Shown in pieces: positions 1-6,200 of a DNA stretch of 6,326 bases (positions within the stretch are counted from its first letter, which is position 1; each line of letters starts with the position of its first letter). The notes under the pieces were generated by a model. It saw only the letters and a program-made list of their open reading frames with translations, made no database searches and was not told where the DNA came from. The stretch lies in the IMG/VR virus record IMGVR_UViG_2690316345_000003, positions 1 to 6,326 of that record; one strand, given 5' to 3'. Made by a program: the position numbers and the translations under genes. This DNA comes from a virus. Lineage: Duplodnaviria; Heunggongvirae; Uroviricota; Caudoviricetes.

Positions 1-115
1 CCTGGCACGGCTGGGACGGAAGTCGCTGTCGTTCTCAAAATCGGTGGAGCTGCATGACAAAGTCATCGGGCATTATCTGAACATAAAACACTATCAATAA
101 GTTGGAGTCATTACC
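1..115 (+). mobile_element. IS1: IS1 insertion sequence, right (3') end only; the window begins inside the element
   Basis: Positions 1-115 match the IS1 right end as I recall it (…CTGGCACGGCTGGGACGGAAGTCGCTG…AAGTTGGAGTCATTACC), ending in the terminal inverted repeat (reverse complement GGTAATGACTCCAACTTATTGATAGTG). Identification is from memory of the IS1 sequence, not a search. Confidence 0.9.
2..100 (+). CDS. insB: IS1 transposase InsB, C-terminal fragment (5' end lies outside the window)
   Basis: Frame 2 translates to [32 protein letters not shown] with stop TAA at 98-100, which matches the InsB C-terminus as I recall it. Confidence 0.8.
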
Positions 116-332
116 CACTCCCACAAACAAAATCATTCCGGGCGATGGGCGCACTCTGGTTGTTCGCTTCGACAAATTCGGCAACGTCGAATTCACTGAA
201 ACCGTTCCTGATGGCGCTCTCGTCTGTACCCTGGACACTTTCCGCCTTTATCTGGAGAAACAGGGCTGGACTCTTGTAAACCGAAGCGCAATTAAAAATA
301 TGACCGTCGAGCAGTTGCTGAGTATTAAATAG
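116..332 (+). pseudogene. 3' fragment of an unidentified protein-coding gene, apparently 5'-truncated at the IS1 junction
   Basis: An open frame runs from inside IS1 to TAG at 330-332 (…PTNKIIPGDGRTLVVRFDKFGNVEFTETVPDGALVCTLDTFRLYLEKQGWTLVNRSAIKNMTVEQLLSIK*). There is no in-frame ATG or ribosome-binding site between the IS1 boundary and residue KNM. Codon choice looks coding and the segment is more GC-rich than the AT-rich kilR/ydaE/racC genes downstream. I do not recognise the protein. Confidence 0.4.
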
Positions 333-378
333 TTTTCTGGAATTTTCTTAATACGAGAAATTTATTAAGGAGATAATT

Positions 379-600
379 ATGATTGCTCATCACTTCGGAA
401 CTGATGAAATACCACGTCAGTGTGTGACTCCTGGCGATTATGTTCTTCATGAAGGCCGGACATATATCGCCTCGGCAAACAATATTAAAAAGCGAAAACT
501 TTATATTCGTAGCCTGACTACAAAAACATGCATTACTGACTGCATGATTAAAGTCTTCCTCGGTCGTGATGGTTTACCTGTAAAGGCGGAGTCATGGTGA
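379..600 (+). CDS. kilR: KilR, Rac prophage cell-division (FtsZ) inhibitor, 73 aa
   Basis: ATG at 379 is preceded by AAGGAG at 368-373. The product [73 protein letters not shown] matches KilR of E. coli K-12 as I recall it in length and near-identical sequence. Confidence 0.85.
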   Translation: MIAHHFGTDEIPRQCVTPGDYVLHEGRTYIASANNIKKRKLYIRSLTTKTCITDCMIKVFLGRDGLPVKAESW

Positions 601-770
601 TGACTAAGAAAATAAAATGTGCTTACCACCTTTGCAAAAAAGACGTTGAAGAAAGCAAAGCTATTGAAAGAATGCTTCACTTCATGCACGGGACTTTATC
701 AAAAGACGAACCGAGAAAATATTGCAGTGAAGCTTGTGCCGAAAAAGACCAGATGGCACACGAACTTTAA
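600..770 (+). CDS. ydaE: YdaE-like small Cys-rich (putative zinc-binding) Rac prophage protein, 56 aa
   Basis: Not in the ORF track because it is under 60 aa. ATG at 600-602 overlaps the kilR stop (ATGGTGATGA). Translation is [56 protein letters not shown] with two cysteine pairs (C-x4-C … C-x3-C). It matches my recollection of YdaE. Confidence 0.75.
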   Translation: MTKKIKCAYHLCKKDVEESKAIERMLHFMHGTLSKDEPRKYCSEACAEKDQMAHEL

Positions 771-843
771 TTAATTGACTATTCGAAACTGAATTTATGC
801 CAGCAATGGCAGGGATTCGCTCAACCTTAATTAAGGAGAAAAA

Positions 844-1120
844 ATGATTACCAGTTATGAAGCCACTGTTGTAACTACCGATGACATTGTTCACGAGGTT
901 AATCTGGAAGGAAAGCGTATTGGCTACGTGATTAAAACAGAAAATAAAGAAACCCCCATTCACTGTGGTTGATATCGATGGTCCATCAGGCAACGTAAAA
1001 ACACTTGATGAAGGTGTCAAAAAAATGTGCCTGGTGCATATCGGAAAGAATCTGCCCGCAGAAAAAAAAGCCGAATTTCTGGCAACTCTGATTGCAATGA
1101 AATTAAAAGGTGAAATCTGA
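844..1120 (+). pseudogene. racC: racC interrupted by a +1 frameshift in a C5 homopolymer (953-957); would be 91 aa if intact
   Basis: AAGGAG at 834-839 precedes ATG at 844. Frame 1 gives MITSYEATVVTTDDIVHEVNLEGKRIGYVIKTENKETPIHCG* with stop at 970-972. The next frame is open from 932 and reads …PFTVVDIDGPSGNVKTLDEGVKKMCLVHIGKNLPAEKKAEFLATLIAMKLKGEI* with stop at 1118-1120. Removing one C from the CCCCC run restores a continuous 91-aa product matching RacC as I recall it. Confidence 0.7.
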
Positions 1121-1125
1121 AAGAA

Positions 1126-1150
1126 ATAGCCTGCGTATGGCGCAGGCTAT
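1126..1150 (+). promoter_or_regulatory. Perfect 10-bp inverted repeat (stem-loop) in the racC-recE intergenic region
   Basis: ATAGCCTGCG (1126-1135), loop TATGG, then CGCAGGCTAT (1141-1150), which is the exact reverse complement. No U-tract follows, so it is not a canonical intrinsic terminator. It lies about 70 bp upstream of the recE start. Confidence 0.5.
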
Positions 1151-1220
1151 GAACAGTGTGTATCCGGCAAGATTATTCACTGAACAAACGAATTTTAATC
1201 TGAGTTGAGGTTAAAAAACA

Positions 1221-3968
1221 ATGAGCACCGATAAACAAGTTTACCCACTGTATTACGAAGCAAAAAATGACAAAGTAAGAAAACGTCTCGGTATTAAAGG
1301 CGGTTTCTACTGGACTGAAGCGAAAAAATTATCCATTGCCATATCCCGTGGTGCTGTTGCTATTGACGATGCTGGCTACGATGAAGATGACTTTAAAAAA
1401 CCCGTTCGCGTAAATTTCCCCGTCGTGAATGACCTTCCACCGGAAGGCGTGTTTGATACTGAATTCTGCAACCGCTATGAAAAAGGCGGGGAAGATGGCA
1501 TCACCATGATGGCTATATCCTTCAATGACAACATCAACGGTGAAGATGCCACAACTGCTGGCGATGACAACGATGACCCGGACGGAACTATTCCGGATGA
1601 TGTGGAGAAAAGCGAATCCCCGGACAGCGACGATGACTGTTCTGAGTGTGAAATTCCCGTCGCCACTCTGAGCCTTACTCATCGCTTCCTTCACCTCTTC
1701 TTCTTCAGCAAGGATGAAGATGGAAAATACCGGCATCACGCCACACCAGAACAACGCAATAACGTGATCCGTATGGAGATGGACACAGAGGACAGTTACC
1801 TTCAGAGCCTGCTTACTGCTGTGCGCGCCGCACATCATGAACTGGATAAACTGACGAACTATCACCTTAGTCGCCTGGCTGAATCTGTAGGGAAAGCATT
1901 CCCCCACTCTGCAAATCATCGCATCAGCCCGGCTGAATTCGACAAGTTCATTTCCACCTGGATGAAAACTGACTACCTTGATCAGGGCCTGCTGACAAAA
2001 GAATGGCAGAACGGAAATTATGTTTCAGGAATTACCCGTACGCCTTCCGGTGCTAACGCTGGCGGCGGAAATATTACCGATCGTGGTGAAGGATTCAAAC
2101 ATGATAAGACATCACTCGCACGAGATGTAGCCACCGGCGTTCTGGCCCGTTCAATGGATGTGGATATTTATAACCTTCATCCGGCACACGCTAAACGTGT
2201 CGAGGAAATTATCGCTGAAAATAAACCGCCCTTTTCTGTTTTCCGCGACAAATTCATCACCATGCCTGGCGGGCTGGATTATTCCCGCGCCATCGTGGTT
2301 GCGTCCGTAAAAGAAGCACCAATTGGGATCGAGGTTATCCCTGCGCATGTCACTGAATATCTGAACAAGGTGCTGATTGAAACCGATCATGCCAACCCTG
2401 ATCCGGAAATCGTGGATATTGCCTGCGGTCGTTCCTCTGCCCCGATGCCGCAGCGTGTAACAGAAGAAGGAAAACACGATGGTGAAGAAAAACCGCAACC
2501 ATCTTGCGCAATGGCAGATAAACAGGCAACGGCTGAAACAGTGGAACCGGATGCAACTGAACATCATCAGGACACGCAGCCGCTGGATGCTCAGTCACAG
2601 GTAAATTCTGTTGATGCGAAATATCAGAAACTGCGGGCAGAACTCCATGAAGCCCGGAAAACCATTCCGCCCAAAAATCCTGTCGATGCCGACAAATTGC
2701 TGGCTGCCTCTCGCGGAGAATTTGTTGAAGGGATTAGCGACCCGAATGATCCGAAATGGATTAAGGGGATCCAGACCCGCGATTCTGTGTACCAGAATCA
2801 GCCAGAAACGGAACAGAACGACCAGAAAGCGGAACAGAACAGCCCAAATACGCAACAAAACGAGCCAGAAACGAAACAACCTGAACCAGTAGTGCAACAG
2901 GAACCGGAAAAGATCTGCACCGCCTGCGGCCAGAGGAGTGGCGGCAACTGCCCTGATTGTGGCGCGGTGATGGGCGACGCAACATACCAGGAAACATTCG
3001 ATGAAGAGAATCAGGTTGAAGCTAAGGAAAATGATCCGGAGGAAATGGAAGGCGCTGAACATCCGCACAATGAGAATGCTGGCAGCGATCCGCATCGCGA
3101 TTGCAGTGATGAAACTGGCGAAGTCGCAGATCCCGTAATCGTAGAAGACATAGAGCCAGGTATTTATTACGGAATTTCGAATGAGAATTACCACGTAGGT
3201 CCCGGTGTCAGTAAGTCTCAGCTCGATGACATTGCTGATACTCCGGCACTGTATTTGTGGCGTAAAAATGCCCCCGTGGACAACACAAAGACAAAAACGC
3301 TCGATTTAGGAACCGCTTTCCACTTCCGGGTACTTGAACCGGAAGAATTCAGTAACCGCTTTATCGTAGCACCTGAATTTAACCGCCGTACAAACGCCGG
3401 AAAAGAAGAAGAGAAAGCGTTTCTGATGGAATGCGCAAGCACAGGAAAAACGGTTATCACTGCGGAAGAAGGTCGGAAAATTGAACTCATGTATCAAAGC
3501 GTTATGGCTTTGCCGCTGGGGCAATGGCTTGTTGAAAGCGCCGGACACGCTGAATCATCAATTTACTGGGAAGATCCTGAAACAGGAATTTTGTGTCGGT
3601 GCCGTCCGGACAAAATTATCCCTGAATTTCACTGGATCATGGACGTGAAAACTACGGCGGATATTCAACGATTCAAAACCGCTTATTACGACTACCGCTA
3701 TCACGTTCAGGATGCATTCTACAGTGACGGTTATGAAGCACAGTTTGGAGTGCAGCCAACTTTCGTTTTTCTGGTTGCCAGCACAACTATTGAATGCGGA
3801 CGTTATCCGGTTGAAATTTTCATGATGGGCGAAGAAGCAAAACTGGCAGGTCAGCTGGAATATCACCGCAATCTGCGAACCCTGGCTGACTGCCTCAATA
3901 CCAATGAATGGCCAGCTATTAAGACGTTATCACTGCCCCGCTGGGCTAAGGAATATGCAAATGACTAA
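1221..3968 (+). CDS. recE: RecE (exonuclease VIII), 915 aa, 5'-3' dsDNA exonuclease with a C-terminal PD-(D/E)XK nuclease domain
   Basis: GAGG at 1207-1210 precedes ATG at 1221 and a single long ORF follows. From about residue 255 onward the protein closely matches E. coli RecE as I recall it (…GLLTKEW…ANAGGGN…DRGEGF…ARSMD…[12 protein letters not shown]…). The C-terminal domain carries a PD-(D/E)XK signature (RPD at 3609-3611; MDVK at 3639-3650). A C-x2-C-x7-C-x2-C motif lies at 2916-2960. The stop overlaps the recT start. Confidence 0.9.
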   Translation: MSTDKQVYPLYYEAKNDKVRKRLGIKGGFYWTEAKKLSIAISRGAVAIDDAGYDEDDFKKPVRVNFPVVNDLPPEGVFDTEFCNRYEKGGEDGITMMAISFNDNINGEDATTAGDDNDDPDGTIPDDVEKSESPDSDDDCSECEIPVATLSLTHRFLHLFFFSKDEDGKYRHHATPEQRNNVIRMEMDTEDSYLQSLLTAVRAAHHELDKLTNYHLSRLAESVGKAFPHSANHRISPAEFDKFISTWMKTDYLDQGLLTKEWQNGNYVSGITRTPSGANAGGGNITDRGEGFKHDKTSLARDVATGVLARSMDVDIYNLHPAHAKRVEEIIAENKPPFSVFRDKFITMPGGLDYSRAIVVASVKEAPIGIEVIPAHVTEYLNKVLIETDHANPDPEIVDIACGRSSAPMPQRVTEEGKHDGEEKPQPSCAMADKQATAETVEPDATEHHQDTQPLDAQSQVNSVDAKYQKLRAELHEARKTIPPKNPVDADKLLAASRGEFVEGISDPNDPKWIKGIQTRDSVYQNQPETEQNDQKAEQNSPNTQQNEPETKQPEPVVQQEPEKICTACGQRSGGNCPDCGAVMGDATYQETFDEENQVEAKENDPEEMEGAEHPHNENAGSDPHRDCSDETGEVADPVIVEDIEPGIYYGISNENYHVGPGVSKSQLDDIADTPALYLWRKNAPVDNTKTKTLDLGTAFHFRVLEPEEFSNRFIVAPEFNRRTNAGKEEEKAFLMECASTGKTVITAEEGRKIELMYQSVMALPLGQWLVESAGHAESSIYWEDPETGILCRCRPDKIIPEFHWIMDVKTTADIQRFKTAYYDYRYHVQDAFYSDGYEAQFGVQPTFVFLVASTTIECGRYPVEIFMMGEEAKLAGQLEYHRNLRTLADCLNTNEWPAIKTLSLPRWAKEYAND
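2791..2910 (+). repeat. Imperfect short tandem repeats (CCAGAAACGGAACAGAAC-like) encoding a Q/E/N/P-rich linker within recE
   Basis: GCCAGAAACGGAACAGAAC (2801-2819), CCAGAAAGCGGAACAGAAC (2823-2840) and GCCAGAAACGAAACAAC (2864-2880) encode [38 protein letters not shown]. The antisense track ORF 2595..3194 is a by-product of this repetitive stretch. Confidence 0.5.
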
Positions 3969-4770
3969 GCAACCACCAATCGCAAAAGCCGATCTGCAAA
4001 AAACTCAGGGAAACCGTGCACCAGCAGCAATTAAAAATAACGACGTGATTAGTTTTATTAACCAGCCATCAATGAAAGAGCAACTGGCAGCAGCTCTTCC
4101 ACGCCATATGACGGCTGAACGTATGATCCGTATCGCCACCACAGAAATTCGTAAAGTTCCGGCGTTAGGAAACTGTGACACTATGAGTTTTGTCAGTGCA
4201 ATCGTACAGTGTTCACAGCTCGGACTTGAGCCAGGTAGCGCCCTCGGTCATGCATATTTACTGCCTTTTGGTAATAAAAACGAAAAGAGCGGTAAAAAAA
4301 ACGTTCAGCTAATCATTGGCTATCGCGGCATGATTGATCTGGCTCGCCGTTCAGGTCAAATCGCCAGCCTGTCAGCCCGTGTTGTCCGTGAAGGTGACGA
4401 ATTTAATTTCGAATTTGGCCTTGATGAAAAGTTAATACACCGCCCAGGAGAAAACGAAGATGCCCCGGTTACCCACGTCTATGCTGTCGCAAGACTGAAA
4501 GACGGAGGTACTCAGTTTGAAGTTATGACGCGCAAACAGATTGAGCTGGTGCGCAGCCAGAGTAAGGCTGGTAATAACGGGCCATGGGTAACTCACTGGG
4601 AAGAAATGGCAAAAAAAACGGCTATTCGTCGCCTGTTTAAATACCTGCCTGTCTCAATTGAAATCCAGCGTGCAGTATCAATGGATGAAAAGGAACCACT
4701 GACAATCGATCCGGCAGACTCCTCTGTATTAACCGGGGAATACAGTGTGATCGATAATTCAGAAGAATAA
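3961..4770 (+). CDS. recT: RecT single-strand annealing protein (RecT/Redβ family), 269 aa
   Basis: ATG at 3961 lies 8 nt after an AGGA core (3949-3952). The track's upstream extension from 3904 is rejected because ATG 3955 is only 2 nt from that core. The product [36 protein letters not shown]… matches E. coli RecT as I recall it. The start overlaps the recE stop in ATGACTAA. Confidence 0.9.
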   Translation: MTKQPPIAKADLQKTQGNRAPAAIKNNDVISFINQPSMKEQLAAALPRHMTAERMIRIATTEIRKVPALGNCDTMSFVSAIVQCSQLGLEPGSALGHAYLLPFGNKNEKSGKKNVQLIIGYRGMIDLARRSGQIASLSARVVREGDEFNFEFGLDEKLIHRPGENEDAPVTHVYAVARLKDGGTQFEVMTRKQIELVRSQSKAGNNGPWVTHWEEMAKKTAIRRLFKYLPVSIEIQRAVSMDEKEPLTIDPADSSVLTGEYSVIDNSEE

Positions 4771-4777
4771 TTCAGCC

Positions 4778-4798
4778 TGGCGGTGTAATGCACCGCCA
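4778..4798 (+). terminator. GC-rich 8-bp stem-loop just downstream of recT; possible weak terminator or RNA-stabilising hairpin
   Basis: TGGCGGTG (4778-4785), loop TAATG, then CACCGCCA (4791-4798), a perfect inverted repeat. A TTTTT run follows only after a 12-nt spacer (about 4811-4815), so the terminator assignment is weak. Confidence 0.35.
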
Positions 4799-4826
4799 AC
4801 GCGAGACAGTTTTTATGACAAAAATT

Positions 4827-5021
4827 ATGAGATATGACGATGTTAAACCATGTCCGTTTTGTGGTTGTCCATCTGTTACGGTGAAAGCAATTTCAGGATA
4901 TTACCGGGCAAAATGCAACGGATGCGAATCCCGAACTGGCTATGGTGGAAGTGAAAAAGAAGCACTCGAAAGATGGAATAAACGAACTACTGGAAATAAT
5001 AATGGAGGTGTTCATGTATAA
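4827..5021 (+). CDS. ralR: RalR/Lar restriction-alleviation protein, 64 aa, Cys-rich zinc-finger-like
   Basis: Translation from ATG 4827 is MRYDDVKPCPFCGCPSVTVKAISGYYRAKCNGCESRTGYGGSEKEALERWNKRTTGNNNGGVHV*, which matches Rac RalR (Lar) as I recall it, with a C-x2-C … C-x2-C motif. No strong Shine-Dalgarno sequence is present; in-frame ATGs at 4788 and 4815 are possible but less consistent with the known protein. Confidence 0.8.
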   Translation: MRYDDVKPCPFCGCPSVTVKAISGYYRAKCNGCESRTGYGGSEKEALERWNKRTTGNNNGGVHV

Positions 5022-5202
5022 AATAACTGCCACTATTGAAAAAGAAGGTGGCACTCCTACTAACTGGACAAGATATTCAAAATCTAAATTAACGAAATCA
5101 GAATGCGAAAAAATGCTCTCAGGGAAAAAAGAAGCAGGCGTGTCCAGAGAGCAGAAAGTAAAGCTGATAAATTTTAATTGCGAGAAACTTCTGTCCTCGT
5201 GA
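5014..5202 (+). CDS. ydaC: YdaC-like small Rac prophage protein of unknown function, 62 aa
   Basis: GGAGG at about 5003-5007 lies 6 nt before ATG 5014. Translation is MYKITATIEKEGGTPTNWTRYSKSKLTKSECEKMLSGKKEAGVSREQKVKLINFNCEKLLSS*. The start overlaps the ralR stop (ATGTATAA). The track's start at 4942 is rejected in favour of the ribosome-binding-site-supported ATG. Confidence 0.65.
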   Translation: MYKITATIEKEGGTPTNWTRYSKSKLTKSECEKMLSGKKEAGVSREQKVKLINFNCEKLLSS

Positions 5203-5257
5203 GTTGCATTATATACAAATTAGAACTTCATAGCTGATTATTAAAAATCAACCACAC

Positions 5258-5286
5258 CCGCCAGTATTCTGTATATTTACTGGCGG
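5258..5286 (+). promoter_or_regulatory. Perfect 9-bp inverted repeat with an 11-nt AT-rich loop upstream of xis; candidate operator or RNA structure
   Basis: CCGCCAGTA (5258-5266), loop TTCTGTATATT, then TACTGGCGG (5278-5286), the exact reverse complement. It sits in the AT-rich ydaC-xis gap directly upstream of the xis ribosome-binding site (AAGAGG at about 5296-5301). No U-tract follows. Confidence 0.45.
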
Positions 5287-5302
5287 TCATATCGTAAGAG
5301 GT

Positions 5303-5590
5303 ATGGCAATGAATCTTGTGACACTCAAAACGTGGGGAAAACTCAGATATCCGGATAACCCACCATCAATATCAACGCTGAGACGATGGGCAAGGAATGG
5401 AAACATTTATCCTGCACCTGAACTACACGGGAGGAGTTACAGGGTGGTTCCGGAAGCTTTCTATATCAACCCCAATAAGGTTGATACCGATATAACACAC
5501 CATCAGCCTAATGGGCGACAAGGGAGAGACAGTCCGTTACTGGAGAAGTTAAAACATGCAGCGGAAAAAATACGATCCCAATTTGCCTAA
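5303..5590 (+). CDS. xisR: Excisionase (Xis family), Rac XisR-like, 95 aa
   Basis: The product MAMNLVTLKTWGKLRYPDNPPSISTLRRWARNGNIYPAPELHGRSYRVVPEAFYINPN… has the lambda Xis pattern (…TLxxW…S.xT.RRW.R…P.P…GR.Y…). It sits immediately upstream of the integrase and overlaps it by 35 nt, as in lambda xis-int. An alternative start at ATG 5309 is possible. Confidence 0.7.
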   Translation: MAMNLVTLKTWGKLRYPDNPPSISTLRRWARNGNIYPAPELHGRSYRVVPEAFYINPNKVDTDITHHQPNGRQGRDSPLLEKLKHAAEKIRSQFA

Positions 5591-6200
5591 AAACTTAACA
5601 TATCGAAGGAGGGACAAAGCATATTACTGGCGCAACCCTCTGACGAAAGAAGAATTTACACTAGGTAAAATTTCAAGAAGAGATGCAATCGCGCAGGCAA
5701 TTGAAGCAAATCACTATATATACAAAAACTACTCTACTGCTGCCTTAATTGAAAAACTTAAAGGGTTCGACTCATTTACTATGGCAGACTGGATTGAACG
5801 TTACAAAACGATTCTTATAAGGAGAAAAGTGTCCAGAAATACTTATAAAATTCGGGTAAATCAACTGGAGACAATAAAAGAAAAATTGGGAGAGATTTTA
5901 CTGACAGAAATAACCACTCGCCATATTGCCGAGTTTCTTGATTTGTGGATTGAAGGAGGGAAAAACACAATGGCAGGATCAATGCGTTCTGTGTTGTCTG
6001 ATATGTTTCGTGAGGCCATTGTTGAAGGACGTATATCTCAAAATCCAGTAACGCCAACAAGAGCACCGAAAATAGTAGTTACAAGAGAACGACTGAAACT
6101 AAAGACATACAACTGCATCAGGGAGGCAGCAGATCAACTTCCGGCATGGTTCCCATTAGCTATGGATTTAGCCCTTGTAACAGGACAACGTCGCGAAGAC
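5556..6200 (+). pseudogene. intR: Lambda-family tyrosine integrase, N-terminal 215 codons only, truncated by IS1 insertion
   Basis: GGAG at 5543-5546 precedes ATG 5556. The product aligns with the lambda Int N-terminal and core-binding domains (…LSDMFREAIVEGRISQNPVTPTRAPK…AWFPLAMDLALVTGQR versus lambda …LSDAFREAIAEGHITTNHVAATRAAK…CWLRLAMELAVVTGQR). The frame then runs straight into IS1 at 6201 and stops at 6227 after eight IS1-encoded residues. The catalytic-domain residues downstream of that Arg, including the Tyr nucleophile, are absent from the window. Confidence 0.85.

Noticed and set aside
35-238. Minus-strand 67-aa ORF spanning the IS1 end and the truncated gene
   Set aside because: It lies antisense to the InsB C-terminus and to a + strand frame with good codon usage, has no ribosome-binding site and is not recognisable. 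Treated as an artefact.
145-279. Alternative 44-aa ORF in another frame (MGALWLFASTNSATSNSLKPFLMALSSVPWTLSAFIWRNRAGLL)
   Set aside because: It has no convincing ribosome-binding site and a low-complexity hydrophobic composition, and it overlaps a frame with much better coding character.
102-332. Track ORF starting at a TTG inside IS1 (MESLPTPTNK…)
   Set aside because: The start would lie within the IS1 terminal repeat with no ribosome-binding site. It is better read as the 3' remnant of a gene truncated by IS1 and is annotated from 116 as a fragment.
501-1020. Minus-strand ORFs 501..689 (62 aa) and 682..1020 (112 aa)
   Set aside because: They are antisense to kilR, ydaE and racC, which are recognisable and supported by ribosome-binding sites. 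They are unrecognisable and have odd composition.
1126-1150. Calling the 10-bp hairpin a rho-independent terminator
   Set aside because: The stem is followed by GAACAGTGTG rather than a U-tract, so it is annotated only as a regulatory or structural hairpin.
1329-3866. Minus-strand and internal ORFs within recE (1329..1919, 1475..1666, 2151..2567, 2350..2598, 2595..3194, 2761..2997, 3218..3490, 3306..3548, 3558..3866 on the minus strand; 2611..2892 on the plus strand)
   Set aside because: All are nested in or antisense to the long, well-supported recE ORF. Their compositions (V/I/F-rich, or R/N-rich repeats) are typical of antisense or off-frame reading of acidic and repetitive codons.
3904-3960. 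N-terminal extension of recT from ATG 3904 or ATG 3955
   Set aside because: The Shine-Dalgarno core at 3949-3952 is correctly spaced only for ATG 3961. The extension overlaps the recE C-terminus, and the product from 3961 is 269 aa, matching RecT as I recall it.
4593-4799. Minus-strand 68-aa ORF antisense to the recT 3' end
   Set aside because: It is antisense to a confidently identified gene, with no ribosome-binding site and nothing recognisable.
4942-5013. N-terminal extension of ydaC (MVEVKKKHSKDGINELLEIIMEVF…) overlapping ralR
   Set aside because: GGAGG at about 5003-5007 supports ATG 5014. The extension would overlap ralR by 80 nt in another frame with no ribosome-binding site.
5815-6066. 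Minus-strand 83-aa ORF antisense to the integrase
   Set aside because: It is antisense to the recognisable integrase N-terminal domain, with no supporting signals.
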